Shown here in pieces: positions 49,351 to 63,535 of a stretch of 64,000 bases of DNA. The DNA comes from Psammoneis japonica (lineage: Eukaryota). A program made the translations under genes and the position numbers. Below the pieces are notes generated by a model, which saw only the letters and a program-made list of their open reading frames with translations, searched no databases and was not told the DNA's origin. Each line of letters opens with the position of its first letter. The stretch's first letter is position 1. The DNA lies in NCBI GenBank assembly GCA_008632985.1, contig QPGO01000042.1:372001-436000 (forward strand), read 5' to 3'.

Positions 49351-50423
49351 ATGGAACATCGAGGCTCTAGCGTGGTACAGAACGGCAACTGCCGATTCGC
49401 TATTCCAAAAAAGGGAAGGCTCTACGAGAAGGTGGTGCAGATGCTCAAGGGAGCTGGTATTGAGTTTCGTCGAGAGCCTCGTCTAGATGTTGCCCTTTGT
49501 GTGGGTTATCCAATCACCCTTGTATTTCTTCCTGCAGCTGACATTGCCAAGTACGTCGGAGAGGGTAATGTCGACATTGGAATCACAGGATACGACGTTG
49601 TGCAGGAGAGTATGGTCAGTGTGGACCATGTGATGGACCTGGGGTTCGGAAAGTGCAAACTCTGTGTTCAGGCGCCAGTCGCTGACAAGATCACTGACGT
49701 CTCCGCGCTTGCAGGGGGGAGGATAGTCACGAGCTTTCCCGATCTTACCAAGAGCTTCTTCAAGAAATACGACGAAGAAAAGGGAGTCGAAACGCGTGTC
49801 AAGTTCGTCTCTGGCTCAGTCGAGGCTGCATGTTCACTGGGGCTGGCGGATGCTGTGGTGGATCTGGTGGAAACTGGAACTACAATGAGGGTGAGGACTA
49901 GTGCTATTGCTGTAAACTGATGAATACTCAAAGTTTCTTACGCTCGGAAACATCGTTCGTTTGATCAGGCGGCCGGTCTGGAGGTTGTTCATGAAATTCT
50001 TTCGACACAGGTAGGGGTTTCTCGTTTTCGGTGCGGCTGTTCGCATAAAAGTATGGATGGGTTCTGCGGTATCTCAATGTTTTCTTTGCTTTCGTGGTTC
50101 CGTTACATCAGGCAATTCTCATATCTAATCCTCACGGCACTCACAAGGAAATCGTCGATCTCTTGAAGCGACGTATTGGCGGGTATATTACGGCAACAAA
50201 GTACGTGATGGTTATGTATAATGTGTCGGTGGATTTGTTGGAAAAGGCAGTTACCATCACTCCTGGAAAGCGATCGCCTACAATCACGAGCCTTGATGAT
50301 GGACACTTTAAAGCCGTATCCAGCCTTGTTCTCAGGAAAGATATTAGTAAGAAGATGGATGAACTCCACGATGTCGGGGCGACGGATATTCTATGTATCG
50401 AGCTTGCAAACTCTCTCATGTAA
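49351..50423 (+). CDS. hisG: ATP phosphoribosyltransferase (long form)
   Basis: FAIPKKGRL, DIGITG.D, DLGFGKCKL, GSVEAAC.LGLADAVVDLVETGTTMR, PGKRSPTI. Introns 49891-49968 and 50011-50111. Confidence 0.96.
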
Positions 50424-50573
50424 TATTCACGTACTTTAAGCCCTCAATGCCACTGACAATGATACAACGACGTCTGGAAGCGAGGTGCCAGTCTGGTTTC
50501 TCAAAGTTGTACCACTACCAATCACCACGCGATACACGGTCCGTACAATCTATTCTACAGAAGTTTGACTGTT

Positions 50574-53500
50574 CTATGATAATGGCGGTGCCTCATCAAC
50601 GATGCCTCCCTCCACAATGCATCCGTGTCCCGCACACCATTTTCCGAAAGCAGCCCAATGCTTATCACCGTCGGTCAATGTGTCCAAATCTCCAACAACC
50701 ACTAACGCAGATTTTGCGCGAGTCAAGGCTACGTTCATTCGACGCCAATCAGAGAGAAATCCAACGTTCGCTTGCCTGTTGGAGCGCACCGCGGAGAAAA
50801 TGATTGTATCCCGTTCTCTCCCTTGGTATCCATCGACAGATTTTACCTCCACGGGACCCGGGAGGTTGTTCGCCAAGGCCTGGAATTCTTCATCGGACGC
50901 CAACAAGGATTTGATAAGTTCCACTTGCCCGTTGTAGGGAGTAACAATACCAATGTTCCTCGAAGGATCTTGATCCTTGATCAGCGCTTTCAGTATTTCC
51001 AACACCTTTTCCGCTTCGGCCCGGTTCCAGTAGCTATGTTGCTGCATAGCAGGGTTACTCAGCCCTTCGGAACCTGCGTATGAGCTTGAAAAAGCAGTAG
51101 CACTTGAGCGACTTTGTCTTTCATTGCTTCGACCTCCGACGTTGACAAAACGAACGCCAACATCGGAGCTATCTGCCGGTAGAATGCCGTCAAGATTCAC
51201 TTGAGATTTCCGAGAACTGCTAACGAAAGCTGGTGTTGTCAGGAGTCCATCGTAAAAGACAGCAGAAGGAAACGACGATATCGACCTAAAGGGATAACAC
51301 ATAAACAGCGCCAGTGTAAGACAGAGAATGTGATAAATTGTAAAACCCATCAAAGCCGAACTCACGAGTGCATGCGATACTGCACTGACAACAAAAGAGA
51401 ACCAGCAAAGCGTTTTCGGTAGGCGACATGCCTTTCTCCGCGTCCTTCTGAGCGTAGCAGAGAAAGTGCTTGTCTGGTAGGCTTGCTGTTTATGTAAGTG
51501 TCATCTTTTGGAGCGAGATCTGATTTTGCGGTGACCATAACGGGATGCGGAAGCGTCGCTGATAGGCGCTCCATGAGCGACAATGACAGGGGCGCTGACG
51601 ACCCAGTGCGAACGGTTGGCGGAAGTTGGCACGGATCTCCAAGCAACACCAAGGATCTGCAACTATCCGTAGCCGTCAGAGGAATAAGGCTTGCTGGTTC
51701 AACACTCTGACAAGCTTCGTCTACAATGACAAATGGCAGAGAAAGAGGAGGGAGACCATCGGGTGCATCTTGTCGAGTGTTCAGGCCATCGCCACCGACT
51801 GTAGAGGATGATCTTGTAACACGCTCTTTGGTCCGCGAGCCACTAAGTGGGCTGTCTTGTTGCAAATTCTCGTCGTTGGTAACGACGCCACACGCCGAAA
51901 GCAACCTTGATAAAGGAATAAAGGAGGAGAAACACATTGTAAGCTACTGTTCCACGCATAGCGACAGAGGGACAGATATCCGTCAAGAGAGACAGTGTTT
52001 TTGAGTCGAACACATGGATCAAACATTCCTCACCTGGAGTCCGCGGCTCCTATGGAAGTGCATACAATCACATCAGCTTCCCGTAACGCCTTCGTCGCAG
52101 CGACGTTGGAGGCCTATCAGAAAAGAAGAAAATAAAGAAGATGAGCTGGTCTACGTTGTCGGGAGGAGCTTCAAAAATTGCATGAAAATCTCACCTCGAG
52201 AGATGCCTTTATCGCAGCTGTCGCTGCCTCTCTCTTTGTACGGTCACTTAGCAATCGGTCATGCGTTGTCCTACTGCCTCCCTTACTCTTCGCAGGATTT
52301 TTCGCCAGCTGGGAAGAAGCTAAAGCTGCATTTTTTAAGGCTTTCTGAGCAGCAGGGTCCTTATCTATTGCTGCATCCAGCGTGTTATCCCACAGTGATT
52401 TCGAGATAGCAGAAGCCTTTCCAACACGCACCACTTTTAGGCCCAGACTAAGCAATTGCTCCGCCATGTTGTCGGCACCAACATTACTGAAGGCACAAGC
52501 AAGCACCTTTGTGTATGGTGAAATGTTTCTACATTGGTGAACGAAACCGAAACCAATAGCTGCGGCAACGGTTGTCTTCCCTTTACCGACAGGAATAAAA
52601 AAGCAACTGAGCATTTGAATGCACGAAATTGACTGTATACAAAGATGGCAACGCGTAGACGTATCGTACCTGTACCGGGCGGTCCCTGAATGAGAGTCAG
52701 CCTTCTGGTAAGAGCAGCTTCTATAGCTGTCATCTGTGGGGCGTTCAATTCTCTAAAGATACCATGAGGATTTGATTCGACGTAACCGAGAACCTGAGTT
52801 GCCAGCTTTCTAGAATTGGGGATCGGCGATTGTCCAATTCCCCGGGCCTAAGTTGAAATCAAAAGACTCAGTCAGTATTCAAAGTTAACTCAATTGAAAC
52901 AATCGTACTGGAAAAGATATGACATCGTGTAGACTCGTAAGAAGTCAGCTTAAACTCACCAGTTCTCGCAAATTACAAGCATCTGTGTCTCGAAACAGGG
53001 TGCTGGATGGGTCTGTGAAAGAAAAAGTCGATAGAATCGTTTCACGAAGCAGTTCGTCCATATGTATCTGACCATATGTGTTTCCTTCTCCCTTGCTCTC
53101 CTCTCGGCTCTTTTCCAGTGACGAAACTTCGGTTCTGTCCGGAATGGATGTGATCTGGCTCAACGCAGCCACCATGCGGGTGTATGGTATGTTGGAAAAG
53201 AAGCGGTCGGCACGAAGCCTCATTCTTGAATCTCCCTTGCCAGAAGGCCCCATATTATTGGGAGCCGGACCAAACGTGGCCTCAAAAGCTCCACCAGGGA
53301 GGGCGACGTCAATGTAGGTTGGTCCTGTACTGAGCACGCGAGCCTCGACAGTGACCGCGTCTTTGTTTGTAGGCAACGAACTTTTCCCAAAGAAATCTCC
53401 ACTTCCGTTCGGCTGAAGCGTGAGCATTAACACATCGTTAGATGAGAATTTGTGATTGAGTGGGAGACCCTTCAGAGAACGGTTGTCGCCATCGTGATCA

Positions 53501-54407
53501 ACAGGTCTCTCTGAAGGATCAGCTTGTCGTGGTTTCCGAGTTGAGAATGTCGTAGTTGCATCCTTTGCTTTGACCAATCTGTAAACCTATAATTGACCAA
53601 CCAGAAAAGATAAATAGCTAAATTGAGGTACATCAATTCTGGTAAAGAAAACCTCGCGAATGGATGTGCGTACCTCATCCGAGAACAGGTTACCCCGGCG
53701 TTCTACGAAAAGGTCAAAAACAGCGTGGCCGGAAGTCTCTAAACCCAGGACTTTATGGGGATCGTCAATGCTTCCATTTATGCGTCCTACTACCTCGTCC
53801 TCCTAAAACAGCGTGAATAAAGAAAGCCAGATCAGGTGCAATTCATCAACAAAAGAGAATACCCGCGAGACCTATTTCACTAGATTCGTTATCTGAAGTA
53901 CGAGGAATCTCCGCGAAAGCAACGAACCAAAATCGTGCTTACCTCGGCTTGATACTCAGCTGTTAACATCTCCAAAAATTTATTATGGTACAAAGCAAGA
54001 GAGTTATACAGAATAGATCGTTTTCGCGAACGCCCTCTGCCAGAGCTTTTCTCTTTTCTGGTCGGTTGTGCGACGGATTTCTGCCTCCAAGCTGCCGCAG
54101 ACATTGGAGAGCTCGTCAGTGTCGAGACGGGAACCGGCTGACGTGTTCTATCCGACATGAAGCGAACATTTGTCTCGTAACTGATTGCATCACTCAGTCC
54201 TTGCTGCATACGCCGAGTTCTCTTGTCCGAAGCCTTTTGTTTCCGCATCGTGAGACTTGCTGCGCCGTTGGCGGTTCCCGTAATGGGAATCGGCGACGAA
54301 TGGTAAACAGAAGCTCCATTGAAACTTGAAAGCGATAACGAACGTGATCCCGGGAAAACGCAGAGTGCTATTAAGACAACAACCGCGCACAACTGACTTG
54401 ACACCAT
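50574..54407 (-). CDS. UPF1/DNA2/NAM7-like superfamily-1 helicase, multi-exon, possibly plastid-targeted
   Basis: LIQGPPGTGKT, CAFSNVGADN, IVDEACQ, LLGDPCQLPP, QYRMH, IVTPYNGQV, SVDGYQGRE, RRMNVALTRAK. Hydrophobic N-terminus. Confidence 0.9.
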
Positions 54408-57400
54408 GGTCCGACGTTTCGACTCTGGCGAGCAATACACTGATCAGAACAGAACAAAGCCACCAGCTGGTGTCCCGTTGTGCTCGTGTTCGTCTTCGCC
54501 GTTGCTAGCTTCGCGCCAGAATTTTTGCGAATTTCCAAAAAACTTCCGTTGATATTATGAATAAACAGAAATGAAGAAAAATAATAAATAGGTGACGTGG
54601 TCACGATTCCTGATCAATCCAAATCCAATCCCACCGCCCACGAGCTTCCAGCTTTTCCAGACCGAAAATTGCCAAAAGACCCAAGATTTTATTCGCGCGT
54701 TTTTCTTTTTTGTGTCCTTGTGTTTGCACACGTCGCATGTTGTTGCATGGAACACCCCGCGGCCACTGCAAATCCCTGCACTGTGCCAGCACTTGCTTCT
54801 TCACCAACCCACTGCGTGTGTGCCAACCAACTCACTCGTGTGCTTTTGTGCACCTTCTTGTTCACCCCCCATCAAAAAGGGGTGAGGGGCAAATTGAGAA
54901 AGTGCACCTGCTTGTCTTGTGCTGCTGCTGCACCATGCCAGCATTTGGCTGGCTGGCATCCATCCATCATGGCATCGTCTTCCTTCAACTCTCCACAATC
55001 TTGCACGCACTCAGAGTCTTGCTGCTGCCAACTGCGCAACCCAAGCCTTCTCCGACTCTCCAGCAAATCCATTGCTCATGTGTCGGTGATCTCTTTGGCA
55101 AAATTCATCAGTCCATGATGGGAGAGGCACGTTCCAGCACTGTGTGTGCTGCACTGGCAAGCCTGCAAGACAGTTTTGGCCTGCTTCCACTGTTGATCGG
55201 TGGGTGCTGTTTGTGTCATCTTGGACTTGTTTGGGAAAATTCTATCATGGATGACATTGCTGCAGAACACACCCCTGTGACTGGGAAGCTTCAGGGGTTT
55301 CACTTTCGCCGAGTGCGCATCACGAGCAGCACTGCTTTTCTCGTTGGCTTCCCCTTGGGCTTTCAGGTTGCAGCCCTTGAGCAAAGCTGCCATTGCAGCA
55401 CATTGTTCAGTGTTGCAGCTGCCGCTGCAGCTTCTTGTTGGATCGGCTGGTGGCTCACCATGTTCAGCAGTGGCAGGACCAGCAGAAGAAGCCGACGGTC
55501 AAGCAGAGCAGCACCAAGAAAGATCTGGAGCATTGCTTGCCAAGGCAGTGGCAGCCAAGGAGAAGGCATTGCCTTGGGTGGTGGAACCAGGAGTGGCAAC
55601 ACAGTCAACCACACTGAAGAGACCTTTTGCGAGATGCTTCCTCCAAAGGACATCAGAGGTTCTTGGTCCACAGGATTGTTGTGACAGCTCATGGCGGGAC
55701 GGTCACATGGAGGATTGCCTGTCATCTCCAGAGGTCAAGTCTGCAGAGGCCCATTCTCTGTCTGCAAAGGTCCAGCCTGCGAAAGTCCAGTCTGGTGGGG
55801 AGGCTGATGGTTTGTCACCATCTTCTCAGGACATCGGTCAGGTCAGCCCTGTTGCGGAGGTCCAGCATGCTGTGGACATTGATGTTTTGTCTCCGTCTCT
55901 GGAGGAGGTCCATCCCCCATCTGCCAAGGCAGAGCTCCATCATGAGTCTTCATGCTGAAGGCTTTCAAACAGATCAGGCAGGTTGACAGTGTTTCACTGT
56001 GCTTGCTGCAATGTCTTCACTGTTGCTTCATGCAATTGTGAGCTCATGGCTGTTGTTGTGGTGCTGCTGTGAGTGGGGATGCCACAGAAATCACATGGGT
56101 GCTGTTTTTTTAGCAAAATCAACCTCTGCCTGAATGGACCATGGCGGTCATCGATGTCCTGACAAAAAAATGTCATCATCATGATGCACAACACTCAATG
56201 TGTGGTCACAATGCACAAGGCCAGGCTTCCAACTCCTGCCACAATGCACTCCAAGTGACAACCAAATCAACCTGCCATGTCTCACCAAATCACTTGTGCA
56301 CCCTCAGAACAACTGTTTCAGACAGCCCCTTTGACAAAGCATTGTGTCTGCCATCATCTGGTTGGGTGGAATGTGCCAAGGGGCTGTCTCGAACAACAAC
56401 TTGGTTGAGAAATCAAGCAACATCAACACCTGACCAACAAGCACACATGTTTTGTGCCAAATCACTTTCAAACCCTCAGGATCATCGTTGAGAGTTGCAC
56501 TTTTGACATCATCATTTCCACCATCATTGGATCAGGTGGGGTGCACCGAAGCACAACTTTTGGAAGCAGGCTCATCAAGTGATTTTGAAATGTCTGCGAA
56601 TGACCTCATGTCTCATCTGAACATCATGCCGTCATCCATGTGGCACCTTCATGAGAGAAACAATTCTCTTGTTTGCTGGAAACAGAGACCATTGGGAGTT
56701 TGTCCATCAGCAAGAAACAACTTGCTGTCATGATGAAAGCTCTGAGGAAAGGATTTTTGTTGGGCTCTGAGACTCTGAGATTTTGAGAGCGATCAATTCC
56801 GTGTTCACGACAAGCAACAAGCATTCAAAAACACCATGTTTTGGCTGTGTCAAGAGGAAGAGCAGCACCAAGAGGCACATTGTGGAGAGGAGTGGGCAGC
56901 TGCACATGGCTGGCAGCTGCTGCGGATCCACTCTGCCCCGCATCAAGACCATTCGTGAAATGTTGGAGCAGCACAAAAGCCAAGAAAGCTGCTGGACATT
57001 GGCCTTCCTGAGATTTGGCTTTCTGGTCTCAAGGACTTGGTTGTGGATGACATTCACAACTGCTTGACTTGCCATTTTTGAACATGGGCAAGTCTTGTGG
57101 TGTTTCCGGATCAACTTGCTTCAAAAAGCTCATGATGGTGGGTGGCTGTGGAACAGTTGTGGACATGTCAAAGAAGCAAGTGGAGGATGGGGTGCATGTG
57201 ATTGACATGAATGTTGATTAAAAAGTGGGAACTCCCACTTCCACTGCTGCTGTCAATCCAAATGATGCAATGACAGTTCCGACTTGTGTCATGCAAAGTC
57301 ACGCATGCATGACACTGTTGTGTCGGTTGGTGTTTCATCCCCGTTTGTGTGTCTTGCAACAATTGTTGCATGTGGCACAACACTTGCACAATGAGAATGT

Positions 57401-59930
57401 GGTGCATGGTCTTCCTCACGATGGAAAATGTCCATTTTGTCATGTGTGCTTTTGGACCAACAAACTGCGCAGGCTCATTTCTCTTTCAGTTGAAGAGCCG
57501 TCTGTCAGAAATGTTGCCTTTGACAAAAGTGATGTCAATTTGCCGAGTTGGACCATGATGATGATGATGGATGATTTGGACTGCTGGCATTGCTCAAGGG
57601 ATGACAGGGAATTTACACAGAGCAGGAAGGATGACAAAGGCAGATTTCATCACACTTGAAAATGTGACCTTAATTTCACCACAAAAATGGCTTGGATCAT
57701 TGTGCTTGGTTGGTTTTTACATGGTGAAGTGTGGCAAAAGCAAGAAAAGTGCTGTTTCTTGTTCTCTCCAACTGCACAGTCAGGTGACTTGGTGGATGCA
57801 TTGTCAGAGACATGAGAGCTTCTGCTTTTGATGTCGGTCACCATTGGCATCATAAAAGCCGCAACAACCTTCCAAAACTACAAATGAGTCAACGTGTGAA
57901 AAAATTGAATGTTTTCAGTTGTGATCACATGGCAAAGTGCGGGAAAATGGCAGTCACTTCATTGCTCTTGATCTTGACAAATGCAAGGCCAATGAAGAAG
58001 TCATGCCCCAATCCAAGCACCTCTGAGCACCCTCTGTCGAATGAGGCAACTTCTCTCATTTCAATCCAAGAAAGTTCGTTTCCACGTGATTTTGGTGGCG
58101 TCCCCACCCACAGCTGCTGATGGATGGATCCTCTCTCAATCAAAACATGCAGCATTGGGAAAAGTGTCACTGCAAAATTAACAACAATTGCTGAGTTTCT
58201 TTGTCAAAGCTTTGTTTGGAGCCATTTGACCTTTGACAAGAGCTGTCCAATGCTCAACAAGAGCCATCAAGGAAATCGTGTGCAACTCCACATCTCGCAA
58301 GCACAAGCTCATGCGATGCACCAAACACACAGCACACGGCACACTTCAGAAGATCTTCTTGCCACCATGAGCAAGTGCCCATCACATCCCACTGGCCAAG
58401 ATCCAGAGAGCAGCAACCACTGTTGCTTGTCCATTCCCAATGCAGCTCAGTCTTGGGGGAAGAAAGGATGGCAACAAGCTCATCACCAAGTCCCAGCTTG
58501 AATCATGGCAGTGCAACTGCAGCTGTGCAATTGCAAGCAAAGCTTCAGAAATGCTGCTTTTGGACTTGGACTTGAACTGGGATGAAGAGTCATTGCATGA
58601 CTCTGTCTTCAAAAAAGCTGAAAAGATGCTGGCTCATTGCAGTGCTGCAAAAGCTGCAAAGAGTGCCATCCGACGTGATGCCGCTGCACCGAACCTGCTC
58701 TCCCCTGCCCTCAGCTCTGCTGCAAATGCTGCTTGATCAACCACTCCAACATGAGGCAAGGTGATTGTGTTGGACAATGAGGACATGCCAGAAGAAGAAA
58801 CTGCTGAAGTGAAACTTTGAAAAAAAAAGGTCAACAAGATGGGTGGAAGGAAGCTTCCTCAAGCTTTCCCTGCTCAACACAAGCCACAGTTGCTCAAAAG
58901 CACATTGCAGATTGACGCAAAGCTTCTCATCACCAATCAATCACAGATTGATGTCATTGCCAACTGCTTGCCCCCCCTGCTGATTGATTTCCAGATGACA
59001 CACATTCCTCTGCTCTCTGCCAAAATGGACAGTGCTGCTGTCACAATGGCTTGCGGAACAGTGGAAGCAGTCAGCAGATTGGTCATGTGCCGGCAAGTTG
59101 GTGCAGTGGTTTGCCCTCTTTCTGGACTGTCACTTGAATTTCTGACTTTTCTTTCCTGTTCCATTGTGCAACAGGCTGCACTGACAAACACGACAGCTCT
59201 GCCAACTGGTGCAGCCCATCTGCCTGCAGTGTGTCCATTGTGGCTGCAGCTCTGTTGGTTGCGGCTGCTCCCCCTGATGCCGCCAGTGTTGCTCCCACCA
59301 CTCCTTCTCAGACTGTGGTGAGATGTGTGTGCAAGTGAATGAATGCTGGCCGGAAACACACATCACCTGCCATGAAGGCAGCCGACCTCTGGAGATGCTC
59401 CAGGACATGAATGCCGCCTCTCCAAAAGCAGTGAAAATGATCATTGAAGATGAAGAAGAAAATGAAGAAGAGTCTCAAGATGTTCTTGATTGTGCTTTTG
59501 AAACAAAGAAGGTGGAAGTGGCAAAGAGTGGTGAACCCTTTGCTCAACATTCAGCATTTTGCCACCTTTGCAAAAAAAATTGAAAAGACATTCACATGAC
59601 CACAACAGCCACTTTGAAGGTTGACAACCAAAAGTCCTTCACCGCTTGACTTGAAACAAACCATCAAGACTTCCACGCATGATGGTGTGCACCCAACTGC
59701 AAAGAAAATGGAGGCAACTCAGGTGATCACAACACTGAAAAAAAAAAAGAACGTTGCAACATCTTGTCTCAACACACGTCACTGATGTCAAGACATGCAG
59801 CCTCAATGATCTCCTGCACACTTCAAGCCAAATCCACCTCCATGAAGGTCAAGTGCGGAACAAAAGTCTCCAAAAACATGGAGTGCATCATGTCAAAAAC
59901 TGCACCACCATCATGCCTGAAATTTGGCAT

Positions 59931-60018
59931 TCACGTCACAACGGAAAAAGAGCTTCTGTCCATGGTGGAAACACTTGGGAAATTCCGGAATGCACTGTTT
60001 GGCCAACACATTGACATG
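59931..60018 (+). mobile_element. Gypsy RNase H fragment related to 1821-1910, flanked by an ~83-bp direct repeat (59808-59889 / 60020-60101)
   Basis: HVTTEKELLSMVETLGKFRNALFGQHIDM versus YATTEKELLSIVETLKEFRNILFGQQINI. Confidence 0.85.
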
Positions 60019-60103
60019 TGATCTCCTGCACACTTCAAGCCAAATCCACCTCAATGAAGGTCAAGTGCAGAACAAAAGTCTCCAAGAACATGGAGTGCAT
60101 CTC

Positions 60104-60927
60104 AGTTTGGTTTTGCCGTGTTTTTGAACAAAATTCCCCGGGATTGCCACCTTTTACCCTGTTTTTCTACGGAAAGGGTGAGCCACCAGGGAATCGCCAC
60201 AAATTGCCCTTCGTCACATGTGTGCTCAACACACGAATAAAAAACAATGCATTGGCAATTCCCCGTGCTTCCCCTCTCACACATTTCTGCATGTTCTGCA
60301 TCTCAGCACGTGCGGAAAGACACACCAGATGCGCAAATCAACAATCAAACAATGCAACAAAAATGGGCAACATGCCATGGACCTTTCATGTCCCATTTGT
60401 GATGGCTTTTGTCAAACAATGATGACACCAGCAAATCCAGTGAACAACATTGTGATTGACAGCATAAAATGTAAAATGAGCAGAAGCTTGACAGATTGCG
60501 TTCAGAAAACTGGTGTGTTGACAGATCGTTGCACTTGTTCTTTTGTGGTGCGGTCACAAATGCAAGCCATGCGGTGTCCATGGCAAAGTCCAAGGCAAAA
60601 GTGGAACCGTGCATGGCCAACAAAAACATGACAGATTGAATTGCGAACGCTCCATGGCATGTTGCCCATTTTTGTTGCATTGTTTGATTGTTGATTTGCA
60701 CAGCTGCTGTGTGGTTCCATGCGTGCTGGCATGCAGAACACGTGGAAATGTACAAGAGGGGAAGCACAGGGAATTGCCAATGTGTCATTTTTTGTTCGTG
60801 TGTCAAGCACACATGTGACAAAGGGCAGTTCGTGGCAATTCCCCGGGAATTCACAATTTCCGTAGAAAAACAGGGTGAAAGGTGGTGATCCCGGGGAATT
60901 TTGTTCAAAAACATGGGAAAACCAAAC
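60104..60927. repeat. ~275-bp inverted repeat pair (60104-60381 / 60651-60927)
   Basis: Reverse-complement arms, with matching ORFs VFEQNSPG.PPFTLFFYG on opposite strands. Confidence 0.88.
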
Positions 60928-60929
60928 TT

Positions 60930-63535
60930 CGGTGGGTCGGCAGGTTGGCGGGGTGCCCCATCCAATTTCTTCATTGCTGGACATCAAATCACATCCCTTG
61001 GTTGGTTGGTCAGTGGGTTGGTTGGTCAGTGGGTCGGTGGGTTGGCGGGTCGGTGGGTCTGCGGGTCCGCGGGTTGGCGGGTTGGCGGGTCGGTGGGTTG
61101 GCGGTTCAGTGGGTGGACAGGTTGGCAGGTCGGTGGGTTGGCGGGTCGGCGGGTCGGCGCTGAAGTTCCTTTTCATCCCACGCCCTGTTTCTCCTTGTCC
61201 CTGATGGGCTCCAGTCCCAGGTGGGACGTTTTGTGACACTCGGCTCGCAGAATTCTGTGCAACTTCATTTTTAAGACTTCAATCTTTCGCAATTGGAAAA
61301 ATTTCTTTCAAATGGATGTTGCAAAAGCCTGTGATGGGAGAAGGTTCTCACGCATTGCAGATTTGCGTCAGAACATTCACGGTGAGATCCGCTGGTTCTT
61401 CCCACACTCATTTGTCCAAGGAACTTTTCAAAAGGATTTCAAACCTCTCAGTTGGTTGGTCAGTGGGTTGGTTGGTCAGTGNATTGTCTTGTCTGAAGAT
61501 GCTTTGAAAAAATTGGTGACAGATTGGTGCACAATGCGCGCCCACTTCACACTGGAAAAAAGACAGTCTCGCAACACCCGTGCAGTTGCAGTGTAAAACA
61601 TGCAAGGCAAGACACAAACAAACAATGTCGCTCTCAAATGACATTTGGAAATTGGAGCGGCCCTGACCCGCCGACCCGCCGACCTGCCGACCCACCGACC
61701 CACCGACCCACCGACCCACCAACCAACCAACCAACCAAGATGCGTTCCAGCCATAGGTGGGACTCCGTGTGACATTGGGCCCGTAGAATTCTACGTGCGA
61801 GCTCCGTAGTACGAGAATTTAATCAATGGATGTGTTTGTCTTCAACATCAAATAAATGGCCAAGTTTGTGGTACAATCATGCCTCTCACCACTCGACTTT
61901 TTTGCAAATGCGCCTGCCCTGCGCGATTCTTAAGACATTATAGAATCGCGCTGTAACAAAAAATGTCAAAAGTTGTTGGACGGATCGCTCAACAAGTGCA
62001 CCGTAAAATGACACAAAACATCGAAAAAATCACGTAGAAATCTACGTGCGCGACATGCGACGTGATTCAAAAAACTGTCGATGTCACAGTTCAGCAGTGC
62101 GAGGTCCCACCTGGACCTGGAACACGTCCCAACCAACCAACCAACCAAGAGACGTGACTTGATGTCCAGCAATGAAGAAATGAGATGGGACACAGCAGTC
62201 GCCCCATGAAGAATGTTGGTGCATGGTCAGTTGGTCGGAGGGTCGGCGGGTCGGTGGGTTCGCGGGTCGACGGGTTCCAGCCCTGGGTGGGACTCCGTGT
62301 GACATTGGGCCCGTAGAATTCCACGTGCGAGCTCCGCAGTAAATTTGTGCTGCAATGAAAACATGAATGATCGCCAACAGAAAAAGAGGCAATTTTGCGA
62401 ACACATCTCCTCCTTCACACTTGGAGCACATCATTGATGGTTTGCCCGGGTGTGTTCTTCAGACATCAAAGAATGCACCCAGTGCATTTTCATTCTCACA
62501 AATGTTGAAAATAGAAAGCCTTTGGCTTCACAAAACAGGGAGCATGAAACAATTTCGCACAATTTTACACGCAGAAATGTGCGTGCGCAACATGCGACGC
62601 GATCCAAAAAACTGTTGATGTCACAGTGCAGTGGTGCAAGGTCCCACCTAGAGCTGGAATGCGTGGGTCGGCGGGTCGGTGGGTCGGCGGGTCAGTGGGT
62701 CGGCAGGTCGGCGGGTCGGNNNNNNNNNNNNNNNNNNNNNNNNNNNNNNNNNNNNNNNNNNNNNNNNNNNNNNNNNNNNNNNNNNNNNNNNNNNNNNNNN
62801 NNNNNNNNNNNNNNNNNNNNNNNNNNNNNNNNNNNNNNNNNNNNNNNNNNNNNNNNNNNNNNNNNNNNNNNNNNNNNNNNNNNNNNNNNNNNNNNNNNNN
62901 NNNNNNNNNNNNNNNNNNNNNNNNNNNNNNNNNNNNNNNNNNNNNNNNNNNNNNNNNNNNNNNNNNNNNNNNNNNNNNNNNNNNNNNNNNNNNNNNNNNN
63001 NNNNNNNNNNNNNNNNNNGCAGAATTCTGTGCAACTTCATTTTTAAGACTTCAATCTTTCGCAATTGGAAAAATTTCTTTCAAATGGATGTTGCAAAAGC
63101 CTGTGATGGGAGAAGGTTCTCGCACATTGTAGATTTGCGTCAGAACATTCACGGTGAGATCCACTGGTTCTTCCCACACTCATTTGTCCAAGGAACTTTT
63201 CAAAAGGATTTCAAACCTCTCAGTTGGTTGGTCAGTGGGTTGGTTGGTCAGTGAGTCGGAGGGTCAGTGGGTCGGTGGGTCGGTGGGTCGGCGGGTCGGN
63301 NNNNNNNNNNNNNNNNNNNNNNNNNNNNNNNNNNNNNNNNNNNNNNNNNNNNNNNNNNNNNNNNNNNNNNNNNNNNNNNNNNNNNNNNNNNNNNNNNNNN
63401 NNNNNNNNNNNNNNNNNNNNNNNNNNNNNNNNNNNNNNNNNNNNNNNNNNNNNNNNNNNNNNNNNNNNNNNNNNNNNNNNNNNNNNNNNNNNNNNCCGAC
63501 CCACCGACCAAGCAACCAACCAACCAACCAACCAA
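60930..63535. repeat. G-rich GGTC/GGTT/GGYG microsatellite tracts (8-mer GGGTCGGY) in both orientations, adjoining two assembly gaps
   Basis: Tracts at ~61000-61158, 61451-61481, 61664-61737, 62130-62148, 62225-62275, 62663-62719, 63222-63299 and 63496-63535. Confidence 0.9.
61745..62659. mobile_element. Two ~380-bp TIR-bounded MITE-like units (61745-62121 and 62275-62659)
   Basis: Each begins TTCCAGCC...GGTGGGAC and ends GTCCCACC...CTGGAA, with subterminal CGTAGAwwTCTACGTG-type motifs. Confidence 0.6.

Noticed and set aside
46597..50423. proC and hisG as a bacterial operon or recent horizontal transfer
   Set aside because: Both have spliceosomal introns and sit among eukaryotic genes.
60930..63535. 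Telomeric repeat
   Set aside because: The unit is degenerate GGGTCGGY in both orientations and interspersed, not a uniform terminal TTAGGG-type array.
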